A DNA stretch of 64,000 nt from a virus, in the IMG/VR virus record IMGVR_UViG_3300026484_000394, positions 33,198 through 97,197 of that record. One strand, given 5' to 3'. Below, in pieces: positions 20,801 to 30,698 of this stretch (positions are counted from its first letter, which is position 1; each line of letters starts with the position of its first letter). A program made the translations under genes and the position numbers. Under the pieces are notes generated by a model. The model was not told the DNA's origin. It saw nothing but the letters and a program-made list of their open reading frames with translations, and made no database searches.

Positions 20801-21692
20801 TCTTCTTATTGCATATGCTCCAAAAGGTTTCACTCTGAATGGAATGTGGGAAAATCCCGTAGACAATGTAGGCTCGCTGGATAAAATTCTTCTTCAAGAC
20901 CATTTGGAATATACCGTTCCTTCAGGAAGTCGAGTCCCTATTGACATTAATCTTGGCAGTACGAACAAGCTAGTCTCTACAGAAATCTTAAGGAATACTA
21001 TTGAGCACTATGAGAGGATAGATGGCTTTGTTACCAAAGAAGTTATAGCGAATGAGAAGATGAGTCCATTTCAGAGAGGGAAGTATACATACTCTCTCCA
21101 CTATGTTCATCATGAGCATAATGGAGTGTTTTTGTCTAGGCAAATATCTGTAGACCTAGAGGCTTATCCTCGCTCTAAGTCATACCAGAACAATAATGCT
21201 ATCCAGTCTCTAATCTTCCCTTTAAAACAGGATTCTCATCAAAAGAAGATGGCTGCTCGTGCAGTGTATGTACGCTTTGATACAAGATTTATCTCAGAGG
21301 CAATCCCTTCATACTACGACAAGTTCATAGAGTTACCTACTGCATTCACTTGTGATTTGGCTCCAGAAGAATCGGTTCTGGCAGAAGCTTCTGACAAAAT
21401 AGATTTCTTCAAAGAAGAGACTTTTGAGATTTCGGGGGAAGCTCTAATTGGACTACAAGGAAAGAATAGATATTATATAGACAATATAGATGCTAGTTCG
21501 AAAATCTTCAAACTGTCTTTCAGAAATACAGAGATTAGCTTTCACGACCAATCTAATGTAGGAACATACGATATACTAAATGCATATCCACTTTACGCTA
21601 AAGGACTGTTATTTAAGCAACCGTATAAGCATCTAAATAATGTCAAACAAAACGGGTTTATCAAGGAGTCAGATAATGTTGTGGGTAAATAG
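17820..21692 (+). CDS. large hypothetical protein (1290 aa), possibly structural
   Basis: Long ORF, AAGGA RBS, no recognised motif. Confidence 0.8.
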   Translation: MRAKEHFTALQFDEGVVMSSDATIVAPQAKTIICREGLNQTVSFSHGAGSTFPLLGESISKLIKKTDYMSFRNFLDESTSALRENEVLSSDKEVNSLLQANLRQEIFTAKRQSLFLDNHSFNSQTFSLFSEIKVLKTAPQFDKKLKFNGLDKGLSSFPLYQLSLETSTVVFNSAGKLSLCYDQSRLDSAFAGLLEFSLRDKSKNVIRPLCRVRDIVPLNKGRLVFLPVDEAACSEAVMNQKESKSVVEVMTSRNDVAIEVDDSLIKEGDFFLVNKTSQPVRITLTNGDTHNLNPYAIEKIRINQVSSVTVFKSLFAYPTRITEGAEEKFLFKPLPTVKYYSVGDRYVNAPSFSIDKITRNLQSSLNLRNESGLVHILSYATNLKLEKTTVVAFGDELGMRYNETDIIIRNGEVLTKKASETDFATVKLPDTKTGGERKYVQDGIEFSSKESIVGGRTIEDKAFMYETNYTYTKGAVHRKLTGQAYPVGFYRITFQQSGCLLQKFPMQDGNVNVRNSYYASEIALVLSAKDGELAVLNRRDPDEDRIIYSYLSAFAKHSKTAFVIESFGMVSRKTLPYTVSEHWLAKKILADYPSDYPFLLQGTASRTLENYYLCWVALRQVGSKEIKFFFELESEHGFYSHLGNSFYLSQPAIKCEDEQKYALNKLSTCGHPYKYDLFTSTTINSMEIQEIIPESYFTSEVISAGHMFHVDPLPIKTEMVGNYGLHAISVQESSSLETNIYHSSPTNTNLNEYFNENIFLYTLPEIGLICSVPFALDTVPTQVEKIKDNYKRGVRYTFATHTVEAWFSEAKGIAESNYLVSIDGKEVYLEQKPYPEFMNKDQDIYNLKAFYLTEMRLDELHCQPTILASLLYAKYGFIQCILGVWSEEDEDVLLDDTSLQITKEHSQKGHLLVASCNGLSPKYIINYYSMYSVFSTGKLFEYDTEFRLTIKKEGLVSKLPFSYIADAKESYFNEEEEIATKLIIQGFSSELQGALLIAYAPKGFTLNGMWENPVDNVGSLDKILLQDHLEYTVPSGSRVPIDINLGSTNKLVSTEILRNTIEHYERIDGFVTKEVIANEKMSPFQRGKYTYSLHYVHHEHNGVFLSRQISVDLEAYPRSKSYQNNNAIQSLIFPLKQDSHQKKMAARAVYVRFDTRFISEAIPSYYDKFIELPTAFTCDLAPEESVLAEASDKIDFFKEETFEISGEALIGLQGKNRYYIDNIDASSKIFKLSFRNTEISFHDQSNVGTYDILNAYPLYAKGLLFKQPYKHLNNVKQNGFIKESDNVVGK

Positions 21693-23304
21693 AGATTTAA
21701 TAGAAGGGGAGCTAGCCATAAATGGGTTAAGCTTCTACAAAGATGGGTCAGCGAATGGAAATGGTTCCTGGGGTTTTTTTTATTTGCTTAGAAATGGCAA
21801 AGACAAGCCTATCAAATTATTCCTTGGACTCAAATTTAATGTACTGTCTGTTATCACGGATAGCTATACAGAAAGTTTCATTAATATTCCAAAGTACCAA
21901 GAAGAGAAGGTACATAAGCTTCGTCGTGCTAATACTTTTTCTTTTGAAGCTGAGGACCTTACTCAATACAATGCAGATGAAGTAAATAGCGATGACTTAA
22001 TCAGCTTTGTCTTGGATGATTTCAAGCTGGAAGTTGATATTGTAGAGTTTGCTAAGAGAATATATACTAAAGTGAAGTTCTTAGAACAATTTGAAGCCAT
22101 GTTGCAGTCAAAAGTTTTGCAGACACGGGGTGCAAAGCCTTTTCGAGAAATCATTGCTATTCCTACTAAAATCTTTGAGGGGAATATAGAGACAATGAGT
22201 ACACTTTTTGTTGGGCAAACTAGCTATTCAGTAATCAATAATCGAATTTACTTTCCCAATGAAATTCATCCCGAAATCAGATATTCTGTCTGGAATATTC
22301 CAATAGATATTGATTATGATGGAGCCTTACATACAAACTTATTGAGATTAAAAAGTGGACACCTCGGAATAGTTGATATGGGTGTAATAGACAATAGTTC
22401 TTCAGAGGATGGATTTTCCCCTTCTTTCGATATTCGAACAATAAGAGATGGTTATTATGATATTGAAGTGGTTGACCCTTTTGTAAACATAGGATATCGT
22501 CCTAGTAAACACTTATATTGTCAAGATAACTCGGCTTGGTATACTCGCACTATTCCAAGCAGTGAACCAAGATTGGTGGGAGATATTCCTCTTGTTGTTG
22601 ATGAGTTTAAATCGTTGGAACCTATTATTGGTTTAGGGGATAGGGTTATATTAAAGCTTATTGCTGATTTCAAAATTAAACATGGGTTTAGTCTAGAGCA
22701 GGATAGATTTTTTAGTGAAAATATTCCTGTGTTAATTCAGGCTTTTCTCTCACACAAAAAAATCCCATGGGTAGAGAGCACTTTAGTTGAACGCCTTGCA
22801 AAAAGATTTGAAGCAGCTTACAATTTACCATTAGCAAGCAGGAATACGCTTATAGACATAGAAAAACAAACCAATATGGACAGAAATGTTATAATCGTGA
22901 TGTATCATCCGGTCTTGAATGAACATGTGTTTTATGAAGCAGGAGATAATGATAATTCTAGTATTGAAAAAGGCTCTGTGATTTTCAGTATTAAAGGCTT
23001 TCGATATGGAATATGCATTGAGAATGGAGAAGGTAAATTCATTTGGTCAAATATTGAGAAACCCTTCCGTGCAAAAGAGAAAATATTCCTTGATTTTCAC
23101 GGCAAAGAGGATTCTGTAACTCAAAAAAGTATAACTTGCTATTTGGATTTACAATATAAAGGAAGTAATGCTTACATACTGGCTATTCCAAAAACATCTT
23201 TTCGCACATTTGTGGAAAAAAGCATGGGAGTTTTCCAAGGTAATTATATCTTGGGTCAGAAAAGTGGAACAATTAAATTAGATAGGAATGTAATATGGCA
23301 GTAA
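21676..23304 (+). CDS. hypothetical protein
   Basis: ORF 21640..23304; AAGGAG RBS favours ATG at 21676. Confidence 0.75.
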   Translation: MLWVNRDLIEGELAINGLSFYKDGSANGNGSWGFFYLLRNGKDKPIKLFLGLKFNVLSVITDSYTESFINIPKYQEEKVHKLRRANTFSFEAEDLTQYNADEVNSDDLISFVLDDFKLEVDIVEFAKRIYTKVKFLEQFEAMLQSKVLQTRGAKPFREIIAIPTKIFEGNIETMSTLFVGQTSYSVINNRIYFPNEIHPEIRYSVWNIPIDIDYDGALHTNLLRLKSGHLGIVDMGVIDNSSSEDGFSPSFDIRTIRDGYYDIEVVDPFVNIGYRPSKHLYCQDNSAWYTRTIPSSEPRLVGDIPLVVDEFKSLEPIIGLGDRVILKLIADFKIKHGFSLEQDRFFSENIPVLIQAFLSHKKIPWVESTLVERLAKRFEAAYNLPLASRNTLIDIEKQTNMDRNVIIVMYHPVLNEHVFYEAGDNDNSSIEKGSVIFSIKGFRYGICIENGEGKFIWSNIEKPFRAKEKIFLDFHGKEDSVTQKSITCYLDLQYKGSNAYILAIPKTSFRTFVEKSMGVFQGNYILGQKSGTIKLDRNVIWQ

Positions 23305-26300
23305 AAGCAACTCACACCCCACAGCTTCAAGAGGATGCTCTTTATGAGTTGAAAAAAGAAGCATTTTTTAGAATCTCTGAGCAAGTAGGCAGTCTTCAGT
23401 CAGACAGTCAGATACCAGTTTCTCTTAGAAATATATCTTTGTACCTGGGAGACAATAGTAGGATAGTATATAAGCCTTCTCAAATTAAGGGACTTTATAG
23501 CAGTCGTTCAAGCAATGTATTTGTGAAAGAGTACATTAAACTCGACAATAGCAACTGGATGATGTTTGTTCACATAGGACAGGAGAACAGTGTCGGACAG
23601 GTAGACAAGATAGCTATAGGCTCTGTTGATGGAGCTATTAAGATTGCCCCTAAAGGAACAGAAAGAGTAATCTCTCTTACAACTACTTTTGCGAACGAAA
23701 ACATTCAAATTATTCCGAGTGAACTGAGAGAGCATTTTGAAGCAGAAGCAAACCGTACTGGATATCCTCTTGGGGACTACGAAGAAGGGGTATATCTGCT
23801 GGATAGCCCAGCACCTCTTTTTGCTAATGACACGGCTATGACTAGAGACAGTGATTTTGTAGGACTTTGGATTTCTTTTGGAACAATGCTTAAGTATGAT
23901 TTATCTAATCTGTCTAATTTTAATATTGATGGTGTGAAAGTCGGAGCAATCGACATCAATAATGACATCAACTCTATTCAGATTTTGAAGATGCTTTCGA
24001 ACTGTGCCTTTGGATATGCCACTATTCTTTTAGATAAGGAATTGTTATTAGCAGACCTAATGAAATACTCAAAGAAGTTCGTTTACGAAACTAATATGCA
24101 GGATACAACAAGAATTTGCGTTGATAATGTTCTGGAAACATTACAAGAAAAAGGGTTGTTCGGTATGCTTTATGAGGAGATGGAAGCCATCAAAGAGTAT
24201 CCTATTATGGCTTTTGACGAACATACGGGGAAAATACACAGAGACCTTCAGACTGTACTAAAGTTTAAATATAAAAAAGAATACATCTATATGCTTTTAG
24301 ATTCTAAGTCTGAAAAAATGTATTTCCTTAGTTATGCAGGGGATATTTCAACTTACGAAAATTCTAAATATAATTATTCCGTGAAAGTTTCTAGTTCTCT
24401 GTGGCTGTCAAAATCAAACAGAATTAATCTTGATGGCTTTGTACTTTTCACAGGCTTCCCTAATCTTCAGCATAACAAAGTTTTAGATATATATTTTGAT
24501 AATACTTCAGAGAGCTTCAGTTCTTTAGACAAAAACTTCTCTATCGACGTTTCAGAGTTTGATAAGTTTTTTGATGAAGAGTCGGCAGGAGCCAAACAAA
24601 ATAGCTACGAACATAACACTGACCTTATTCACTCTTTTGGGAACAATTCTTTCCCTCTTGTGAGTGGCTTGGTGGGCTATCGCTTTAAAGAGGTTAGAAA
24701 TAAGATTCCTTATTTTAGCTTACAAACAAGTGCAGAACCTACTTTTAGTACAATGATAGATGTTGTAGCTAAAAAGGCTTTTCTCTTCACCCCTGCACTG
24801 AAGATGAATTGTGATTATTCTAAGTCATATCCTACTTTAGAGATTATGTCTTTTCTTAAAAACTATGTCTCGATGCAACTAGGGATAAAAGATGCAAAAG
24901 AATTTGTAGGTGAGCTTGAGGGAGGCAGTTATGTCTACGCTGTACAGTTTGGATATTATGCTGATGGATGGACCTTATTTAAGACAGACGATAATACTTT
25001 TGAATGTAAAAAGACAGACCCAATAAGACTTTCTTATGCGTTCAATGGTGCTGTAGAGCAAGTAGCTATGGATGAGGCAAAGAGTATTTTGGAAATAGTA
25101 CAGAAGCTTCAAGAGCAAAATGTTTCACCCTCAGACATAGAAGAGAGGATATCCGATAGTCTCAATAGTGCGACAAATAGAGTTCATTCAAAGATTAATG
25201 TTGCAATCAAGGGTATGGCACTTGCTTTTGACCAGGAAATTATAAGAAAAACTGCTCAAATACCTAAAATCATAGATTCTCAAACCCCTTCTTATGTGTT
25301 TGATAGATTTTTGGACTCAGATACGATTTATGTCAATAACGCTCCAACTGGTCCAGCTCTTAATCATGCTCTTTTGTTTGAAGATACATTTAATAATATC
25401 TATTTGCAGCACAGGTCTCATTACCTAAGCCTAATAGATATGAATCCAGATAAAAACAAAGTACATTGTCCATATCTAATAGACTTTACTATGTCTATGC
25501 TTGAAAACAAGATACACCTTATTGTAGATACTGATGTGTCCAATAGCATATCAGTATCTACTAATGATGTGTTAGGACTCAGTGCACTAGGAGAAATGCT
25601 TTCTGCCAATGGAGAGATAGAAATAGAGGGAGAATTGTTCCCTTACAGCGAAGCATATTCAAAAGAGATGACAATACAATATTTTGGAATACGAAACATT
25701 GACGGAAAAGACTTTAATATCTTTAAGCTCACTGACTTTACTACAATGTCGGACGAGGTGGCAAAAGCATACAATAAAAGATTTCTTTCTGAAGCCTCAG
25801 ATCAGTTCTCTGCAATTGGCATCGACTTTGAAGAAGCAAAGAAAGAAATGTTTTCTTTTGGAAAGGGTGACTATCAAGAATTGAGTGTCCCTAGGGTTCC
25901 GGGAGGACAACCTCTTTATGTAGCTATGCTAGAGAACAAACTGATGGTGTCTCTTGATGGAGAGGAGTATTCACAAGTAAATCCTGGTTTCTCATTTGAC
26001 CTATCTGCAAGATTAAAAATTAATAGCAGGCTAGCATTTATTTCCTCTCTTCAGAATTTAGTGAATATGCGTATAACAGAGACTACTTTTAGCTTGTTCC
26101 CAGAAGAAGTGCACGATAAAGAAGATATATATAATGTGTCTATTAAAGAAGTAATTCTAAATGCAGAAGAAATACATTTAAACAAGATACATATCACCAC
26201 TGTTTGCCAAGTTGATAATGGGAGCATCGTTCTATATGACAACAAAAATATTGTTTATCAAGAAGGAGAATCATTTGCGTTTGAACAATCTGTTTCTATA

Positions 26301-26564
26301 GATGGGTTTGTTCGTAAATCGGCTGAAGAAATTAGCTATTTAGCTGTTGCTAAGTTGAAATATTACAGCAAAATCGTAAAAGACAATCATGTCGTCGACA
26401 CTGCAGATGAATTATTAGGTGAGGAAGACACATATCTGATAGAGTTAAATCTTCCTTTTACGGTAGTGATGGAAGCAAGTTCTTATATTTTTGCTGACAT
26501 TAATGAAGCACGACATCTTGGCTTAGATGACCAATTTGTAATAATGGAGGAGAAAGATGACTAA
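23295..26564 (+). CDS. large hypothetical protein (1089 aa)
   Basis: Long ORF overlapping both neighbours. Confidence 0.8.
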   Translation: MAVKATHTPQLQEDALYELKKEAFFRISEQVGSLQSDSQIPVSLRNISLYLGDNSRIVYKPSQIKGLYSSRSSNVFVKEYIKLDNSNWMMFVHIGQENSVGQVDKIAIGSVDGAIKIAPKGTERVISLTTTFANENIQIIPSELREHFEAEANRTGYPLGDYEEGVYLLDSPAPLFANDTAMTRDSDFVGLWISFGTMLKYDLSNLSNFNIDGVKVGAIDINNDINSIQILKMLSNCAFGYATILLDKELLLADLMKYSKKFVYETNMQDTTRICVDNVLETLQEKGLFGMLYEEMEAIKEYPIMAFDEHTGKIHRDLQTVLKFKYKKEYIYMLLDSKSEKMYFLSYAGDISTYENSKYNYSVKVSSSLWLSKSNRINLDGFVLFTGFPNLQHNKVLDIYFDNTSESFSSLDKNFSIDVSEFDKFFDEESAGAKQNSYEHNTDLIHSFGNNSFPLVSGLVGYRFKEVRNKIPYFSLQTSAEPTFSTMIDVVAKKAFLFTPALKMNCDYSKSYPTLEIMSFLKNYVSMQLGIKDAKEFVGELEGGSYVYAVQFGYYADGWTLFKTDDNTFECKKTDPIRLSYAFNGAVEQVAMDEAKSILEIVQKLQEQNVSPSDIEERISDSLNSATNRVHSKINVAIKGMALAFDQEIIRKTAQIPKIIDSQTPSYVFDRFLDSDTIYVNNAPTGPALNHALLFEDTFNNIYLQHRSHYLSLIDMNPDKNKVHCPYLIDFTMSMLENKIHLIVDTDVSNSISVSTNDVLGLSALGEMLSANGEIEIEGELFPYSEAYSKEMTIQYFGIRNIDGKDFNIFKLTDFTTMSDEVAKAYNKRFLSEASDQFSAIGIDFEEAKKEMFSFGKGDYQELSVPRVPGGQPLYVAMLENKLMVSLDGEEYSQVNPGFSFDLSARLKINSRLAFISSLQNLVNMRITETTFSLFPEEVHDKEDIYNVSIKEVILNAEEIHLNKIHITTVCQVDNGSIVLYDNKNIVYQEGESFAFEQSVSIDGFVRKSAEEISYLAVAKLKYYSKIVKDNHVVDTADELLGEEDTYLIELNLPFTVVMEASSYIFADINEARHLGLDDQFVIMEEKDD

Positions 26565-27267
26565 TCTTACAGGCACTAATATACTAACACCCACAGATTG
26601 TTCTAGCCAAGTAGTGGTAGTTTCAGGGAGAGAAATCACTGTTTGTTCAGGAAAAGGAGGGCAATCTTTTCTTGAAATCAACAATAGCGATTCTCAAGGG
26701 ACAATTCCTCATTTTTTAAGCAAGTCTGGAGACTATCTTGTTATTGAATATCTAGGTGCTTTTCCTGAAATTGACTACGGTACTATTGATGATAATAGAT
26801 TTAGCTTTTTTAGAATAGCTCAGGTAAATAAAACCATGATGGAAATATCCTTTCGGCCTTCTACAGATAACGAAGAGGGCAATGTGTCTATCCCTTTTGA
26901 AAAAGCACTCCTTCCAAAATCAGAAGAGACACTTAATCGAATAGCAATCTTGATTTCTTCTACTGGGGATAACCTTCATTGTATACTAGCAACTCAAACA
27001 AAGCTATTTCATTTATACGGCTCTTCTCGCCAAGAGCAAGACTCTATTGCCGAGAGAGCTAATGTTCGGTTTAAGATTGGCAGCAAAAGCAAGATTTACA
27101 AGATTTCTACTGGAACCTCAAAGTGTATTGGGTCGACAGCAGTCTCTGCTTTGCAAAATTCTTCGCTAGAGTTTCACGAAGTTGCACGGTTCAATTCAGC
27201 TTCAGAGAATCGTAGACTAGATATAATACAAGATCTAATTTTGGGAAATAAAAGGGTGTTTCAATGA
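26557..27267 (+). CDS. hypothetical protein
   Basis: 236 aa, GGAGGAG RBS. Confidence 0.75.
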   Translation: MTNLTGTNILTPTDCSSQVVVVSGREITVCSGKGGQSFLEINNSDSQGTIPHFLSKSGDYLVIEYLGAFPEIDYGTIDDNRFSFFRIAQVNKTMMEISFRPSTDNEEGNVSIPFEKALLPKSEETLNRIAILISSTGDNLHCILATQTKLFHLYGSSRQEQDSIAERANVRFKIGSKSKIYKISTGTSKCIGSTAVSALQNSSLEFHEVARFNSASENRRLDIIQDLILGNKRVFQ

Positions 27268-30200
27268 TTGCTACTTCGGTAAATATACTCAGCAACGCAA
27301 TAAATCTTGTGTATCAACAAAGTGTAAAAGTGAATGGAATAGGTGGAGTAAGATTCTACTTTTCTCGGAAAACGACAGATTCTAATCTGCCAATAGAAAT
27401 CTCTTTTGTTCTTTATCAAGGTCAACTAAGAGCTTTTTGTAAGCAACATCAAGATGTAATCCTACAAGAAGTCACAATTGGAGAAAGAGATTGTTACACA
27501 TATAGAAATGATATTATTTTCTTTAAAGAAGCAATCCTCGAGCTTATAAGTAAACAGACTAACCAAGAAGAAACAAGCAGTGTAGTTGAGACAGTTAATT
27601 CTATTTTCGGTGTAGACCTAAGCAAAATTGAGAATATTACTGCTTTTGAATTCCAGAAGTCTATGTATGTGGACAATATGAGTCTAAGCTCTAGCGATAA
27701 TGTAGCAGAGGGGTATCTTATTATGCTTGCGGATATAGCTACTAAATCATTTATCACATCTATCTTCGTAGGAAAAATAAAGCCTCTTTCTAGGCGACAA
27801 TATGCAGATAAAGTAAACGAGTATTCTCAAAATAGAATTTTAGATGATATTGTCATTCAAAATCTAGAGAACTCTACTTTTATAACCAACAACTCTCCAT
27901 TTACTGCGGTTGTTACAAAAGAAGCATACCAATATAAGCAGTACAGAATTGGAAAGGCAGATGCTTTTTTTCAGAGGGAAATTAGCACTACTAATGACCT
28001 CACTATCGAGGCAGGACAATCTATACAGGTGATACATTCAGTTCCACAGAGAGAAAATAGATATTCTTTATTATCTAATCCTATCCAAAAAATTCCTGGC
28101 CCTGTCAGAAAATCAAACCTTAACGAGATGAGAGAGGCGTTGCCATACATTAAAGAAATGCCATTTTATTTTGAACTAAAAGAAATCTCTCTTCCTATGA
28201 GTGAGGTTTCAAGCAATGACTTTGTTGTAGTTAGCTCTCTTTTTGAGTTATTTTCAGAAAAAGATAATTTTGCTAGAGCTATATTAGATGCGGAAGATGA
28301 AATATCAGGTACTTCTATTACGGGTTCTCTCGGTATTGTATCCATATCCAATGGGAATGCAGTAAAAGATTTTATAGACAATGGTAGAGTTTCTTATTTC
28401 GCCTCCAATTTTCGGGTAACATTTAATGCCAAGCTGAGAAAGATATACTCATATCTTGGGGAAGACCAACTCAACGCAGTAGTTGATTACACTGCAGCAA
28501 TGAAAGCCTCTCGTATCTTGGCGATAGAAAGCAAGGTTGTATACAATGACACAATCTCTACTCCTATGCAAGCCCTTGCTGTGGAAATAGGTTTCTTTGG
28601 AGATATGAGAGAAGTAATAGCCAACAATAAAACATTGGTGTATGTAGATGAAGTATCCAAAGGTGGGTTGCCCTGTAACACAGATAGACAAGAGATTGTA
28701 AGGCAACTACTCTCAGGCGAGTTCTCTGGAGACACTGTTGTGTTCAATGCCAATGATATACTAAATAACCCTTCCAAGCCCGTCTACTACGGAAAAATAA
28801 CTGCAACAGGAGATGGAGAATTAGATGATGCATATGCTGCTTATCAGAAGAATATTGTTAGTAATCTTTCTGGCTTCAATATGGTTAATACTCAGCTCCA
28901 AATGACCTCTGCACAGTTTGCTGCAGTCGCACCATTGTTTAATTCAGACCCAACTTTTTCAGACCCTTGCCGAGAAGACTTAGTTTATGTAGTAGAAGAA
29001 AATATATCAGAGCTAGGTCTAGCAACAAATCTTGAGCAGACAATACAATCCATTAAGAAAAGGGCATACTCTTTCCGCAAGCCTATAGAGCTACTTGCTG
29101 TGATGAATATAGGAATATCTCTTGATGGAGCTTGGTATTTTTGTGGGGAAGATTTTTTTACCTCAGAAAATATTGAAAATGAAAACTACACAACCGTTAT
29201 CTCAGATGAAATAAAACACTTCCAAGGAGATTCAACATCAGTAAAGCATCCTATCTCTGACAAAAAAAAGTTCATGGATAGAGCACTGAAAGGAGATGAA
29301 TATAAGCAAAAGCTTCATGATGTGTTTAGAGCACTGGCTATTGGAGATATAGACACTTCTTTAATTTATAAACACCAGGGATTAAGATATATTGCAGAAC
29401 ATCTTCTTGATCAAAACAAAAGATATTTTTATGACTATGAAGATATTTTTAAGCTAAAGAGAAAGGCTGTATTCAAAAAAGAGCAGGATACAATAACTAA
29501 TAAATTTGTGTTACCTAATATTTTAGAACAACTCATAAATGACCAAAAAGATGGATGCGTAGGGTATATTGGAGACAGTGATGTTCATTATTTTGGAAAG
29601 AGAAGAGAAGCTCATCGAAGAAACTATGCCAAGCTTCGTCCTAACGACAAGCCAGATGCTGCTTATGAAATAGGTCATACCGTGTCATGTATGATAAACA
29701 CTGAAAATATTAGAAATGCAAGCAGCTTATTTCACTCTACGGGAAAGGACTTGTTTGGAGTCAATTTTGGAGACTGGACAACCATTGATACTTTGTCTGT
29801 TCAAAAGACTGAAAATGTCTTCTATAGAGGAATGATTTACGGCTTTCAAGTTAGCATACATAAAAATGATATTAAAGTTTTTAGCATCTTGTATGACTAT
29901 AAGACCAAGATGTTAACAATAAACAACCCTCAAAAACTAGAGATTATAGATTATGCGTTACTTCTTACATCTTTTGATGTTCTTCTACATGACTATTATG
30001 ATAGTCTGGAAGGACTTCATAGAGTAGCTCTCGGTGTTTATGCTTACTCTGGCGAAGAGTCTTTGCGGTCACAGCTTTCTCAGAAATTTCTTCTCAGTAA
30101 CCAGCCTCCAAGAAGAAGGTCTACAACAAAGATTTTCGGGGTGTCTGTTGGCCTTTTCGGAAGAAGCCTTTTTGTGAAACAAATGGAAGAATCTGCTACA

Positions 30201-30686
30201 AATATAGATGGGGCAAGTATCGCTTTAATCTTAGATAGTCAGTCGCTAAAAATTTACAGAGATGGGATTGAAGCTTCTTCTATACCTGTATCATACCTTG
30301 AAAGCTGTTCCGAGCTAGCTTTTTTTCAAGATGGATTTTTTGTGCAAATAGAAAGAGGAGAGAGGTTTCTTCCAGCAAACTACATCGCTAACAGCTTGAC
30401 GAGAGCAAGCATTACAATATCTAGCTACAAAGGGACACTGTCTCAAACAAGGGGACTGTCAGGAAGACTTGTAGTCGTGGATTTTCTCGAAAAAAGAACT
30501 ATTGCCTGTTCTCCTGATGTAGACATAGAATTTCTGTTGGATGGCAAAGGATTGCATATGCAACAGGTTTCAAGCAAGTATAGACATCCATTGGAGTTAG
30601 TGCACGGAATAGCTGATATTCTAAATGAAAATACTACTTCTGTTGAGCAGCTAGGTCTGTCTTTTACAGTTAGTTATGACATCTAA
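27264..30686 (+). CDS. large hypothetical protein (1140 aa)
   Basis: ATGA coupling to previous gene; long ORF. Confidence 0.8.
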   Translation: MIATSVNILSNAINLVYQQSVKVNGIGGVRFYFSRKTTDSNLPIEISFVLYQGQLRAFCKQHQDVILQEVTIGERDCYTYRNDIIFFKEAILELISKQTNQEETSSVVETVNSIFGVDLSKIENITAFEFQKSMYVDNMSLSSSDNVAEGYLIMLADIATKSFITSIFVGKIKPLSRRQYADKVNEYSQNRILDDIVIQNLENSTFITNNSPFTAVVTKEAYQYKQYRIGKADAFFQREISTTNDLTIEAGQSIQVIHSVPQRENRYSLLSNPIQKIPGPVRKSNLNEMREALPYIKEMPFYFELKEISLPMSEVSSNDFVVVSSLFELFSEKDNFARAILDAEDEISGTSITGSLGIVSISNGNAVKDFIDNGRVSYFASNFRVTFNAKLRKIYSYLGEDQLNAVVDYTAAMKASRILAIESKVVYNDTISTPMQALAVEIGFFGDMREVIANNKTLVYVDEVSKGGLPCNTDRQEIVRQLLSGEFSGDTVVFNANDILNNPSKPVYYGKITATGDGELDDAYAAYQKNIVSNLSGFNMVNTQLQMTSAQFAAVAPLFNSDPTFSDPCREDLVYVVEENISELGLATNLEQTIQSIKKRAYSFRKPIELLAVMNIGISLDGAWYFCGEDFFTSENIENENYTTVISDEIKHFQGDSTSVKHPISDKKKFMDRALKGDEYKQKLHDVFRALAIGDIDTSLIYKHQGLRYIAEHLLDQNKRYFYDYEDIFKLKRKAVFKKEQDTITNKFVLPNILEQLINDQKDGCVGYIGDSDVHYFGKRREAHRRNYAKLRPNDKPDAAYEIGHTVSCMINTENIRNASSLFHSTGKDLFGVNFGDWTTIDTLSVQKTENVFYRGMIYGFQVSIHKNDIKVFSILYDYKTKMLTINNPQKLEIIDYALLLTSFDVLLHDYYDSLEGLHRVALGVYAYSGEESLRSQLSQKFLLSNQPPRRRSTTKIFGVSVGLFGRSLFVKQMEESATNIDGASIALILDSQSLKIYRDGIEASSIPVSYLESCSELAFFQDGFFVQIERGERFLPANYIANSLTRASITISSYKGTLSQTRGLSGRLVVVDFLEKRTIACSPDVDIEFLLDGKGLHMQQVSSKYRHPLELVHGIADILNENTTSVEQLGLSFTVSYDI

Positions 30687-30698
30687 AAAGGACTTTAT